The notes under the pieces: generated by a model
What the model saw: the letters and a program-made list of their open reading frames with translations, nothing else
Told to the model about the DNA's origin: nothing
Database searches by the model: none
Made by a program: the position numbers and the translations under genes
Part shown: one piece after another, positions 10,851 to 22,724 of the stretch
Layout: the number at the start of each line of letters is the position of its first letter
Numbering within the stretch: the stretch's first letter is position 1
Assembly: GCF_902713615.1 (NCBI RefSeq)
Contig: NC_052153.1
Span: 191,060,826 to 191,124,825, forward strand
Direction: 5' to 3'
DNA from: Scyliorhinus canicula
Taxonomy: Eukaryota
DNA: 64,000 nucleotides

Positions 10851-12770
10851 AGCCTATGAATTCTGCAGACGGTGAAGCTATGAGCAGAACCTCGACACGC
10901 ACACTCTCCCAAATCATCGCTTCTTGCCAGTCTTCACGTAGGGGTTCGTACGGATAACTGCGATGTTCTGCCTCGAGGAATGCGACTGGAGGTCCCGCAT
11001 TGGACAGTCGATTGCTTGGGTGGTTGAATGCGTGTGTGGATCTGGCCAATCTCCAACTCTGTAGCGTCCTCAGCTCACCCAACCGCGCACAGATTGCGTG
11101 GATGCACGAAGCAGGGATATCACGTTACGGTGACCACTTCACATGAAATCTGACTCCTTTCAGGCGAAGCGTGTTTTTTTTCTGTTGGTGTATTTTGGGT
11201 TAAGCTCGATCCTGCAATGTCTGGTCCCGGGGTGTAGTCAAAAGCGTCACAACCAATAGGAACCCGTCAGCTATTCTTTGTTGACGTCAGGCGGGGATTC
11301 TGGGACAGTGCCAGCTGTTTCTGTAAAAGAGAAGGAATTGACTTCAGAATTGGAGAAGTTCTCGTTGTCTGTCTGTGTGAGTGACAGCATTTTAAACCTG
11401 CCAGGTTAACACATATTTAATTCTTTCCAGTACATCCTGCTCCGAGGTTTTTTTCTAGAACATTCTGTTTCTACCAGCTTTTCAGGTTGATCCCAAATTA
11501 GAACAATTTTCTTAGGTAAAAAAAGTGTCTCATGTCCCAATTGACTCCTCTGTTTAAATAGGTGTCCTCTGGTTGCCAACCCTGGGAAGTATCTCCTTAT
11601 TTACCATACATTTCGCATAAATGTCAACCCTATGGTTTTTGGCCCAAGAAAGCCTAATTTTTCATGTACCGCACGTAAAAGTTGACCCTAGTTTTTCAGG
11701 GGTGAAGGCCCCCAAAAATCTCAGAACTACAGGCCAGGATTGTGGTGTTGGGAAGAAAGAAGCTATTGTGTTAAATACAATTGGAAAGGCAAGAGTGAAA
11801 CCAGCCAAATACTTCTCAACATAGGTAAAGGTAGCAAAAAAATGAATCCAACTTTTCATAAAAGTGACAAAGGGATAATTAGTGATGGGTTAGCTGCTCC
11901 AGGATTTGGCGGGAATCTTGTGAAGGTGACAGGGGTCTTGGGGACCTGCTGGAGATCCAGTAAGGCCTCCACGCCGCCTCTTTTCATGAAGGCCCACTGT
12001 ACCTTGTTCACTCAGGCACTTGAGAGGCCAACCGCAGGCCTTCCCTCCCCTGGGTCCAAGGACCCCAGGGGCAGATGCCCCACCCACCAAGAGCTAATAG
12101 CCAATCAGAAGCCGGTGGCTCTTCTGTACTCAATAGCACCACCAGGGAGGCAGTGGCTGCTGCTGGCACTACACCAACCTGGGGCCTCAGATCAAAGACA
12201 GAGGCAGGCACAGGTTAATGATGGTGGCGTGGGGAGGGGAGGAGAGGGAGAGGGGGAGGGGGGGGGAGGGGAGCAAGGGCATGGTACGTGGTTCTCAGTG
12301 GTTCCCCCTGTCCGCTCGATCAGGCACGGAGTGTCTTTGAATGAGGGACCCCTGCTGGGGTGCCCACGAGCTTAATACCAGTGCTGGCAGGATGAGGCAT
12401 GTATTGGCTACTAAAAGGCCCCAATGGTGCCGGGCTGCGAGGGCCGTCCATGGGTCTTCCTGCCATGGATGTAATGTGAAACAGAGGTGGGCAGGTGCCA
12501 GGGTCCCTACCCTTCACACTCCCACCTGAATAAATATCCCCCAACCGCCAAATGTGCCTTGGTGGAGGACGCACAAGATTCCACCCCCAGCAACACTGTT
12601 TGATTTTCTATTTAAAAGCCAGAGACTATGGTCTGGAACTTTGCACAGAAGGTGAACTCACTCAACTATCACTCAAACACTGCAGCAATAGAACATAGAA
12701 CATAGAACAGTACAGCACAGAACAGGCCCTTCGGCTCTCGATGGAAAGGTATTTATTGTTAAACGAAAAT

Positions 12771-12950
12771 GAAAATGAAAATCGCTTATTGTCACAAGTA
12801 GGCTTCAATGAAGTTACTGTGAAAAGCCCCTCGTCGCCACATTCCGGCGCCTGTCCGGGGAGGCTGGTACGGGAATCGAACCTTGCTGCTGACCTGCCTT
12901 GGTCTGCTTTAAAAGCCAGCGATTTAGCTGAGTGAGCTAAACCAGCCCCT
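12771..12950 (-). mobile_element. tRNA-derived SINE family B, full length
   Basis: Minus strand ggggctggtttagctcactc..cttttaa..ggttcgattccc..tail gcctacttgtgacaataagcg(attttc)n. Confidence 0.88.
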
Positions 12951-13120
12951 GCAGTAGAAATGCAGTAGAAATATAATTAAATGCTAGGGTCTTTCTTGCA
13001 GTCATCAATGGTTAAGAATATTGACCGGAGATCAGGTTTGAACAGTTATGCAAGACATTTAATTTCCCTTTTTGAGTGGGCGAAAGCCGATTTTAATTAA
13101 CCTCTCAATAAATCAACTTG

Positions 13121-13330
13121 TCGGGCAGCACGGTGGGGCAGAGGGTTAGCTCTGCTGCCTCACGGCGCCGAGGTCCCAGGTTCAATTCTGGGTCACTGTC
13201 CGTGTGGAGTTTGCACATTCTCCCATGTCTCCCCACAACCCAAAGATGTGCAGGTTAGGTGGATTGAACAGACTAAATTGCCCCTTAATTGGAAAAAAAT
13301 TAATTGGGTACTCTAAATTTAAAAACATTT
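13121..13330 (+). mobile_element. V-SINE, short A-rich-tail variant
   Basis: V core ending aattgggtactctaaatttaaaaa. Confidence 0.85.
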
Positions 13331-13842
13331 AAATCAACTTGTTAGCCATGAGGGGTCAGCTTGTCCATTCAACGTGGGCCCAAACCAAACACACGTCAAC
13401 TCGTTGAAAAACCATTAAATTCAGTGCGGATCTCTCTCTATCCTTTTTGAATGACTCCCACTGCTCTGATGTGGATTTTTCTGCCATTAGCTGCTCCCTG
13501 TCCACTTTGGCCAGATCCTGTCTTATCGACCTTCCCCAGTTCACAAACCTAATTTCCTGTCCATCATTGTCCTTTCCCGTAACTACCTTAAATCTTCCCG
13601 AGTTATGGTCACTATCACCGAAATACTCCCCCACTGACATCTCTCCCACCTGCCCGGCTTTGTTTGCTAAAATTAGGTTAAGTGCCACCTCCTCTCTTTA
13701 AGACCTTCCACGTGCATGCTCTAGAAGGTCTCCTGGATGCACTTTTACAAATTCTGCCCTCTCTAAGCCTGTCACACAATTACAGGTTGAGCACTCCTTA
13801 CTCAAAATTCCACAATTCGGGCAGCACAGTGGCGCAGTGGTT

Positions 13843-14465
13843 TTAAAAAAAATATTTTTATTCTCCTCCTTTTTCACAATTTTTCTCCCGGATTTACACC
13901 CAACAACAATCAATAACTAACAACGAATATCTCAAACCCCATAACAGTAACAACGATCCCATCCTCCCACCATGCCCCAGACATCAGCCCGCATGTTAAC
14001 ATAAACAAATGACAAAGATGTCATCTTTGTCTGGTTTGGCTCACTGGGCTAAATCGCTGGCTTTTAAAGCAGGCCAGCAGCATGGTTTGATTCCCGTAAC
14101 AGCCTCCCCGGACAGGCGCTGGAATGTGGCGACTAGGGGCTTTTCACAGTAACTTCATTGAAGCCTACTCGTGACAATAAGCGATTTTCATTTTTCATTT
14201 TCAAGAAAGAAAAAAGAAGAAATCAGGGATTACCCATAGCCATCTTCAACATACATAGCCCCCTTCCCCCCGCACCCCACCCCCCCAACTAATGTTCGAT
14301 GTTATCCAGTTCTTGAAAGTGCATAATAAATAGTGCCCATGACTTGTAGAACCCCTCCGGCTTCCCCTCAGTTCGAACTTAACTTTCTCAAGGGTCAAGT
14401 ATTCCAACAGGTGCCCTCCGCCACGCCAGGGCACAGGGTGGAGAGGCCGCTCTCCATCCCAGCAG
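13843..14465 (-). mobile_element. L1 3' end fragment, split by SINE B at about 14028-14205
   Basis: Minus-strand A-rich end with AATAAA and a G-rich 3' UTR like the one at about 52100-52350. Confidence 0.55.
14028..14205 (+). mobile_element. tRNA-derived SINE family B
   Basis: Same head and tail as 12771-12950. Confidence 0.85.
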
Positions 14466-14467
14466 GA

Positions 14468-14645
14468 TCGTGGCGCAGTGGTTAGCACTGCAGCCTCACG
14501 GCGCCGAGGTCCCAGGTTCGATCCCGGCTCTGCGTCACCGTCCGTGTGGAGTTTGCACATTCTCCCCATCTTTGCGTGGGTTTTGCCCCACAACCCAAAA
14601 TATGTGCAGGGTAGGTGGATTGGCCACGCTCTAAATTTTAAGAAA
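14468..14645 (+). mobile_element. V-SINE, short-tail variant
   Basis: Head and V core. Confidence 0.85.
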
Positions 14646-14793
14646 AAAAAATTCCGAAATTCAAAAAGCTCTGAAATCCGGACTTTTTCGCGAACACCGA
14701 CGTGACAACGACGCGAGTGGAAAATTCCACGAGGCCCTAGGAAGGTTCCATGGGGATGCGCAGGTCCCAACGCGTCACAGACAGTTATAGCCT

Positions 14794-15082
14794 CCAGATG
14801 GGGCTGTTGTAGATGTGGCTGTTCCAGGTGGAGCTGTTCCAGGTGGAGCTGTTCCAGGTGGAGCTGTTCCAGGTGGGGCTGTTCTAGGTGGAACTGTTCC
14901 AGGTGTGGCTGTTCCAGGTGGGACTCTTGTAGGTGGGACTCTTGTAGGTGGGGCTGTTCTAGGTGGGACTGTTCCAGGTGGGGCTGTTCTAGGTGGGGCT
15001 GTTCTAGGTGGGGCTGTTCTAGGTGGGACTGTTCCAGGTGGGGCTGTTCTAGGTGGGGCTGTTCTAGGTGGGGCTGTTCTGG
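14794..15082. repeat. 15-bp minisatellite, about 19 copies
   Basis: Unit ggtgg(g/a)gctgtt(c/g)(c/t)a; reads (LEQPH)n on the minus strand. Confidence 0.95.
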
Positions 15083-15164
15083 CGCCAAAACGGGAGTTTC
15101 TTTCCAGCAGTCATCATAGTCAGACATTACTGTAGACTCAACGTGATTATCGTGTGTGAAACCC

Positions 15165-15285
15165 ACGCAAACACGGGGAGAATGTGCAAACTCCACACGG
15201 ACAGTGACCCAGAGCCGGGATCGAACCTGGGACCTCGACGCCGTGAGGCAGTAATGCTGACCACTGCGCCACCGTGCTGCCCCTT
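15165..15285 (-). mobile_element. V-SINE 5' half
   Basis: Reverse complement of head and part of the V core. Confidence 0.8.
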
Positions 15286-16032
15286 CATTATATAATTTTA
15301 CAGGTACTCCAACATTAAAAACATTCCGGAATCCGGGACACTTTCGGCCACAAGCATTCCGAATAAGGGATGGTCAACCTGTAACAGGTTTTTATGCTCC
15401 TGAGATTTATCTACGTATCTGCTGTTCTATCTCTCCCCGACTGTTTGGGAGCCTGTAACACTCTCCCAGCAACATGATTGCCCCCTTTTTTTGTTTTAAA
15501 GTTCCACCCCTATGGCCTTAATTGAGGAGCCCATGGAAACTCCTTGATCAATACTGAAACACCACCTCGTCTTATATACCCCCCTCAATCCCGCCTAAGA
15601 CTCTAGAACCCAGAATATTGAGCTGCCAATCCTGTCCTTCACCCAACCATGTCTCTATGATAGCAATAATATCACACTCCCATGTGTTCATCAAGCCCTC
15701 AGTTCATCTGCCTTACCTGTCAGACTCCTTGCATTAAAAAAAGGCATTCAGCTGCACCATATTCCCTTGTGCCTTAACAAGTCTCTCGTCACACGGCCTT
15801 CCAGACTGACTTAGGTCTTCTCTACAGTTGACTATGCACCATCCCCTACTCTACCTTCACACTGTGATGAGTACATACAGTATCTTCTCAAAACCCCCAG
15901 TTATTTTGAACACCGACCACCAAATCTCTCCTAAAACTTCTCCGCCCTAAATAGACCAATCTCAGCTTCTCGAGTGAAAGAATTGAATCATTATTTAATT
16001 GTTGGACATCACTATAATGGACCCATAGTTAC

Positions 16033-16081
16033 CTGCTGTCGTATTCTTCAATAGACATATTTGGATGAGTCCGGCTGGTTT
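16033..16081 (-). CDS. SIGLEC15: SIGLEC15-like cytoplasmic exon (49 nt; phase-2 entry reads R-NQPDSSKYVY-stop, TGA at 16050-16048)
   Basis: Acceptor tctttttctcattgcttAG and donor GTAACT at 16032. Aligns with the human tail RSQAQESNYENL as recalled. Confidence 0.55.
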
Positions 16082-16258
16082 CTAAGCAATGAGAAAAAGA
16101 TTTGCATTTACAAGTAAGAAAATCCAACCACAACGGTAATTGTTAGCTTGTATTTAAGCGCATTGTCACACGCAGACATTTTTCCCCCTTTGGGAAGGGC
16201 GGGGAGAGGATTCACAAGCTGATTATCAACCCGCTGAACCACTTTGTGAATGCTCCTT

Positions 16259-16490
16259 CCGGGCAGCACGGTGGCGCAGTGGTTAGCACTGCTGCCTCAT
16301 GGCGCCGAGGTCCCAGGTTCGATCCCGGCTCTGGGTCACTGTCCGTGTGGAGTTTGCACATTCTCCCCATGTTTGCGTGGGTTTCACCCCCACAACCCAA
16401 AGGTGTGCAGGGTAGGTGGATTGACCACGCTAAATTATCCCTTCATTGGAAAAAATGAATTGGGTACTCTAAATTTATTTTAAAATGTGA
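16259..16490 (+). mobile_element. V-SINE, short-tail variant
   Basis: Head, V core and gggtactctaaattt tail. Confidence 0.88.
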
Positions 16491-16689
16491 ATGCTCCTTC
16501 CGTGGCCAACACATTCTGGTGTTGGACTCAAACCTCACTACCCCTATGCCACGAGAACTCGATGACGGATGGCATAATATTCACAGTAAAGTTCTAATTA
16601 ACCCATAACCATATGGGGCAGCCACCCAGAGGCACATTCAGCTGCCCAATTGGGTCAAAGGCGATGACACAAAACTTCTGTTTCTAAAA

Positions 16690-17055
16690 TGCAGTGGTAA
16701 TGTCACTGGACTGATAACCCAGAGGCCCAGCCTCAATGGTTCAAATGGTTCAAATCCCACCACAGCAGCTGGTGAATTTAAAAATTCAATTACTAACTCT
16801 GGAACATAAAACTAGTCTTGGTCATGGTCACCATTGGCAACCATCATCCCCTCGTCTAGTTCACTAATGTCCTTCAGGGGAGGAAATCTACCACCTTTAC
16901 CTGTCCTGGCCGCTATGTGACTCCAGACCCACGGCAATGTGGCTGACTCTTAACTGCCTTTGGAAATGGCTTCGCAAATCACTCAATTCAGGGGAATTAG
17001 GGACGGGCAACAAATTTGGGCCCTGCCAGCGAGACCCACATCTCATGTAAGAATT
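16690..17055 (+). mobile_element. Deu-domain SINE (SacSINE1-like)
   Basis: tRNA-like head, then ttcactaatgtccttcagggg..gtgactccagacccacggcaatgtgg core and a CR1-type tail. Confidence 0.75.
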
Positions 17056-17199
17056 TCATGGAAAGATTCTTTATGTGGCCACAACTAAAAAATGGCTCGC
17101 AAATTAAACATTAATTTGACATAGATCGCCAGAATGATGACACTTTAAGAAAACATGTCAACACTTTCAACAGAAAAAAACTGAATGGTGGACTCGTAC

Positions 17200-17227
17200 C
17201 TCGTCTCTCGCACAAACGTGATTGATC
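17200..17227 (-). CDS. SIGLEC15: SIGLEC15-like cytoplasmic micro-exon (28 nt, phase 1 to 2; GSITFVRETR)
   Basis: Long pyrimidine tract tttttcctttctttcccattcAG; donor GTACGA at 17199; open in the frame set by the TM exon. Confidence 0.6.
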
Positions 17228-17359
17228 CTGAATGGGAAAGAAAGGAAAAAATGTTTGAAGCGTTTCAGCTACCAAGCTTGCACTGTGGTCAAATATCTCA
17301 GTTGAATGTTTATCAATGAATCAGCCAGTTATTATCCTATAAATACTGTGACTAAGATT

Positions 17360-17622
17360 AGGTCAGAGGCTGGGAATCCTGCGGAGAGCAACTCACCTCC
17401 TGACCCCCTCCAGAGCCTGTCCACCATCTACAAGGCACAAGTCAGGAGTGTGATGGAATACTCTCCACTTGCCTGGATGATTGCAGCTCCATCAACACTC
17501 AAGAAGCTCAACGCCATCCAGGACAAAACAGCAGCCCCGCTTGACTGGCACCCCATCCCCCACCTTCAACCTCCATCACTGATGCAGAGTGGCAGCACTG
17601 GATACCATCTACAAGATACACT
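17360..17622 (+). mobile_element. CR1-like RT 3' fragment
   Basis: LSTIYKAQVRSVMEYSPLAW motif in ORF 17306-17806. Confidence 0.75.
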
Positions 17623-18145
17623 GCAGCACGGTAGCACAGGGGTTAGCACAGTGGCTCCACAGCTCCAGGGTCCCAGGTTCGATTCCCGGCTTGGGTCACT
17701 GTCTGTGCGGAGTCTGCACGTTCTCCCCGTGTCGGCGTGGGTTTCCTCCGGGTGCTCCGGTTTCCTGCCACAAGTCCAAAGATGGGACTGTTTAACACGG
17801 GGCTAAATCGCTGGCTTTGAAAGCAGACCAAGGCAGGCCAGCAGCACGGTTCAATTCCCGTAACAGCCTCCCCAAACAGACGCCGGAACGTGGCGACTAG
17901 GGGCTTTTCACAGTAATTTCATTTGAAGCCTACTTGTGGCAATAAGCGATTTTAATTTCAAGATTCGCAGGCTAGGTTGATTGGCCACGATAAAGTGCCC
18001 TTAGGTGTCCAAAAAGAGTAGGCGGGGTTGCTGGGTTACGGGGGATAGGGTGGATGCATGGGCTTAAGTGGGGTGCTCTTTCCAAGTGCCGGTGCAGACT
18101 CGATGGGCCGAATGGCCTCCTTCTGCACTGTAAATTCTAGGATTC
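17623..18145 (+). mobile_element. V-SINE interrupted by SINE B (about 17790-17960)
   Basis: V-SINE 5' half, a SINE B copy, then the V-SINE 3' half and tail. Confidence 0.8.
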
Positions 18146-18467
18146 TGTGACCAAGGCACCTTCGACAGCACATTCTGAATGGTTAACCTGTACCATCTAG
18201 ATTGACGAGAGCAGCAGATGCAGAGGGACACCTCCACGCCACACACCATCCTGACTTGCCCACCCCCCTCCCCCCATCTCATTCCTTTTCCCCTTTCAGT
18301 TCCCTCACCTTTTGATTTTTAGATTCTGGTGTAGCTTTGTGGGTGGGGACCGCCTGTCCTTTGTAATGTTAAGTGACACGCAAATCACACACTTCAAAAA
18401 AAAAAAATTCAACCCAATGTAAGATGACTCCAATGACATCATCATCTCTGAAGTTATAATAACCTAC

Positions 18468-18851
18468 CGCTCTTTCTCCTCCACATCACGAGACCAACAA
18501 CAATCGCGATAATCAAAAGGAGACTTCCACACAAAGCCCCGATGATAACTTTGAGCAGAGCCCGGTCCTCTGTGACGCCGGCGAAGTAGATTTTGTGGGT
18601 GACGTCGCCTCGGCTGTTGGTGGCCTTGCAGGTGTAGTTCCCGCCGAGCTTCGGCCCATGTAGTTCCCCCACCACCTGATACTTCCCTGGGCCTCGCATC
18701 ACTGGCGTGTTGCTGCCGTTGACGGGGAGGCTCTGGTTCTGGGGGTCGATCCACGCGATGTTTGGGGCGGGTTCCCCTCCGACGAGGCACACGAGGGTAA
18801 ACTGGGTGGCGTTAATGGCTTGGATGTACATGTTGAGGATGGTAGGCGGGC
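18468..18851 (-). CDS. SIGLEC15: SIGLEC15-like exon: C2-set Ig domain plus transmembrane helix (384 nt, phase 1-1)
   Basis: Acceptor ttgatctcAG and donor GTAGGT at 18467. Reads GPPTILN..LVCLVGGEPAPNIAW..GNYTCKATNSRG..KVIIGALCGSLLLIIAIVVGLVMWRRKS. Confidence 0.88.
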
Positions 18852-19879
18852 CTGAGATCAAAGAGGATAGACAAGCAGTTAAAGCAGTTGAATCATGGAG
18901 CAGCCCGTCTTTCGCGCAGACTAGAAAGAGGAAAGTATAAAAATGATACTTCTGTCCCACTTCGAATCCAGGCTGGCGCAGTACTGAGGGCGTGCTGCAC
19001 TGTTGGCGGTGCCACCTATCCAACCAGACGTTAAACCCTGCCAGCCTTCTTGGACAGACTAAAGAATCTCACTCCACCATTTTGAAGAGCGGGCAAGTTC
19101 TTCCTGCTCCACGTGTCCTCAAATCAACACCACCCAAAGAGATTGTCTGACCATGACCTGATTTCCGGGATATTGCTGTGCGTGAATTGGCTGCCGTGCT
19201 GTCCGACAGCAGCGGCTACATTTCAGACATCAATGGCTGGAAAAGAGAATCTTAAGCGGGAGGCAGAGGGAATGCCAGAGTACAAGGTCCGAAGTGTGAG
19301 ACATGGCGCCAAAATGGTTCCCAGGAAGGAGCACAGGAAAAGCCCAAGGCTCTTCAGCCCCTCTAGCCCATTCTATTAACCAACTAGATCATTGCTGGTT
19401 TTACGTTTTAACTCCCCCTACCAACCTAGGTCCCATAAACTTTAACAGCATTGTGTTAATGACAGAACAGTACACAAGAGGCTGGCCACTGGAGGGTTTG
19501 GTGCAGGTGTGTTGTACAATGTCAGATAGTGAAGGATAGAATTGGAGCCAATCTTTGTACACTTTTATTAGCGGTTATGAACCGTGGTTATATGGTCTCT
19601 ATACGCCTCATTTAGCTCCAGTGGAAGGTTGCCTTTACAAAGGAACTATGCCACATTTGAAAGAGGCACAACTAAGTTCAAAATATTATTGTTAAAGGTA
19701 TCCAATTGAATTTAGGTGATATGTCCTGGGTTCAACCCCTGTCCTCCTGGTGAAAGCCTCAGGTGACCAGTGGACACCAATTGCTCCATCTCCAGGGACA
19801 CCCAGGTTGAGGAAATGGGTGGTGCTCCATCAGCACAATGTCAGAAGGGGCTGTCGACAATACCACCCCGGCATATTTT

Positions 19880-20225
19880 GGGCAGCACGGTAGCATTGTG
19901 GATAGCACAATGGCTTCACAGCTCCAGGGTCCCAGGTTCGATTCCGGCTTGGGTCACTGTCTGTGCGGAGTCTGCACATCCTCCCCGTGTGTGCGTGGGT
20001 TTCCTCCGGGTGCTCCGGTTTCCTCCCACAGTCTACAGATGTGCTGGTTAGGTGGATTGGCCATGATAAATTGCCCTCAGTGTCCAAAATTGCCCTTAGT
20101 GTTGGGTGGGGTTACTGGGTTATTGGGATAGGGGGAGGTGTTGACCTTGGGTAGGGTGCTCTTTCCAAGAGCCAGTGCAGACTCGATGGGCCGAATGGCC
20201 TCCTTCTGCACTGTAAATTCTATGA
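19880..20225 (+). mobile_element. V-SINE (HE1-like)
   Basis: Head, V core and CR1-type tail. Confidence 0.9.
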
Positions 20226-20659
20226 TTTCAGGATAAGGGGGTCAACTGTGTGGGGTTCAGATGAGGAGAAATCGCTTCAAAGAGTTGTGAATCTTTGAAA
20301 TTCGCCACCTCAGATGGTTCTGGATGCACCACTGCTGAATATATTTCAAGCTGGCATAGGCTGCGGACAACCTCCACACCTTCTAGTGCCCGTCAAGCAA
20401 TCCATCTGAGACCACAGAGGCAATGGAGTGGAGGAGTGGACGGATGGCAAGGTGGAGCTGTGTGTGTGCAGCCTGCAAGTGACTGTGCCACCTAAAGGTA
20501 GTGTGTACATGAGTAGGTGGAGGAGAATTGTTTTTTTTTGTTCATGGGATGTGAGGCTAGCTGGGCCAGCATTTAAAACATCGCTCTGACCGCATGGGCT
20601 ATGACGGAGTCCCTGGACGAGCACTCAGAGCCTGTAGGCACCTTTGATGCTCGTGTAGC

Positions 20660-21205
20660 AGTGGTCCAGGATGTTTGCACCTCTGGTGGGGTAGAGAGGC
20701 TATCATTAAACTAGAAAGAGTGCAGGGAAGATTTACTAGGATGCTACCAGGACTTGATGGTCTGAGTTATACGGCGATGCTGAATAGACTGAGACTTTTT
20801 TCCCTGGGGCGTAGGAGGCTTCAGGGTGAACTTACAGAGATAGAAAAAATAATGAGGGGCACAGATAAGGTAGATAGTCAACATCTTTTCCCAAAGGTAG
20901 AGGAGTCTAGACCTAGAGGGCATAGGTTTACGGTGAGCGGGGAGAGATATAAAAGGGTCCGAGGGGCAATTCTTTCACACAGAGGGTGGTGAGTGTCTGG
21001 AACGAGCTGCCAGAGGCAGAAGTAGAGGTGAGTACAATTCTGTCCTTTAAAAAGCATTTAGACAGTTATATGGGTAAGATGGGTATAGAGGGATATGGGC
21101 CAGATGGGGGCAATTGGGACTAGCTTAGTGGTAAAAACTGGGCGGCATGGACAAGTTGGGCCGAAGGGCCTGTTTTCATGCTGTAAACATCCATGACTCT
21201 ATGAC
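20660..21205 (+). mobile_element. CR1 3' fragment with 3' UTR
   Basis: LERVQGRFTRMLPGLDGLSY..RPRGHRF; tail gggccgaagggcctg. Confidence 0.85.
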
Positions 21206-21404
21206 TGTAACAACTGGCATTTACTGAGCGCCATCAATGTAGTAAAACATCTTCATAGTGTAGCGCGTCACAAGAAGGTCACAAGAGCAAGAGAGAGACA
21301 ACTTTTTCACCCGTCGGTCAAACTCTGGGCTGTTTTAACTCTCTCCACTATCCCCCCCCCCCCCCCCCCCCATACCCAGCAATTTAGAATCATGTTTAAT
21401 TTAC

Positions 21405-21800
21405 CTGTTATTTTCAGGATGATTCCAGGGTTGGTTTCCTTCATGTAAGGAGATAATCCCTGACGTTTGACCTCCACCCGGCAGAAGTACTGACTGGTGT
21501 CCTCCAACGTGGCACTTCTCAGCTCTAACGAAGCATCACTTTGCCTGGGGTCCCCGGCCAGTCTGTAACGGCCGTTGACGTTTGAGTGGACCACATTCTC
21601 AAATCCCTCTTCGTTTATGGCTCTGCTCGTCACGTTGAAGAGAACTGGCCCTCTATAGAACTCCTTCACCTTCCAAATAACGGTAATCTTAAAGGTGGTG
21701 TACCCCGTATAGGGGGAGGTGAAATTGCAAGGCAAAACAACAGGGCTTCCGACTGTTCCATTCACCATCCGCGGCACTTCCACGGACACTCCCTCACCTC
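21405..21800 (-). CDS. SIGLEC15: SIGLEC15-like exon: V-set Ig domain (396 nt, phase 1-1)
   Basis: Acceptor attgctgtAG and donor GTAAAT at 21404. Reads VVLPCNFTSP..VIWK..YRGPVLF..RYRLAGDPRQSDASLEL..YFCRVEV, matching the Siglec-15 pattern (LPCTFTHP..RFRLLGNPRRNDLSL..YFCRVEF) as recalled. Confidence 0.88.
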
Positions 21801-22724
21801 CTACAGCAATTCCAAGAGGCAAAGTGTCAATAAATTGCATGTCTAATGGCCCCTCACACAAATAACATCACTCTGGTTTCCCCAAGAGACCCAGAAGGAG
21901 GCCAAAATTCCCTAACACTGGTTCTCCTTAGAGAAGAGAAGATTGAGAGGTGACTTTCTCGAGGTGTTCAATCATGAGGGGTCTGTACAGAGTAGACAGG
22001 GAGTAACTGTTCCCATTGGTGGAAGGGTTAAGGACCAGACGAACCTCGTCGGCGACTGGGGGCTGGCGATGAGGGCCGGCGAAGGAGGTGTGGACCAGGG
22101 CTTGAGAGGCCATGACTGGAGGGCAACCTGGAGGGGGTTATACCTTAGTGGGAGGATGTGGGCCCAGGGGGCCAAATAAGGAGGGATTCTCTCCCCTCCC
22201 GCCCCCAAACCACCACCAGCCTACGCAGGCCCAACCACCTGGCATGGGGTTCTCCCGGCACCAGTTAAAAGCCAGCGTGGCACTGGGATGAAGCCCTTAA
22301 GGGGGTAGAGGTGAGTACTAGTTACCCACTTAAGGGCCTCAATTGGCCCACTGCCAGGTGTGGCTGCCAGCTGCGATCTTATAGAATATTGCGGCAGCCT
22401 TACAGGGCTGACTGACCTAACCCAGCTCCTATTTCTGATGTTCCTGTGCAGGCAAACATGTGAACGCAGCTGGGAAAGTCCCCCAGACTCCAGCAGACAC
22501 GTGATAAAAACCTGGGCAGTTTACTTTACGGATAACTTCAATTCCATTGAATTCTCACAAATGTTCTCAGGGTTTTTAAATGCTCTAATTTTAACCTCTC
22601 GGAAACCACACGGAGGGCGGAGTTTTAATGTAATTGGTGGGCGAACCAAAGGCAACAGGAGGAAATGTATTTCTAACACAGAGAGGATCTGGAATGCATT
22701 GAGAGGGTGGTGGAGCAGGGGCGG

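Larger units (their letters stand above)
8850..11320 (-). other. Putative terminal exon / 3' UTR of the SIGLEC15-like gene
   Basis: Strong acceptor (ttccttctcttttacAG) with exon start at 11320; minus-strand AATAAA at 8850-8855 in AT-rich sequence. The extent is inferred. Confidence 0.4.
13783..15381. mobile_element. Tigger/pogo-type (Tigger4/MER46-like) non-autonomous transposon carrying nested insertions
   Basis: TA-CAGGTTGAGCACTCCTTA ... TAAGGGATGGTCAACCTG-TA gives TIRs plus a TA TSD; internal ccgaaat/ccggaat motifs. Confidence 0.75.

Noticed and set aside
11890-12400. GC-rich ORFs (for example 11740-12375) as Siglec exons or a separate gene
   Set aside because: No recognisable domain or splice pattern; similar in character to GC-rich repeat fragments at about 22000-22350 and 33230-33750.
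14246-15196. 316-aa ORF with LEQPH repeats as a real gene
   Set aside because: It starts and ends inside SINE sequence and is open only because the 15-bp unit lacks stops in that frame.
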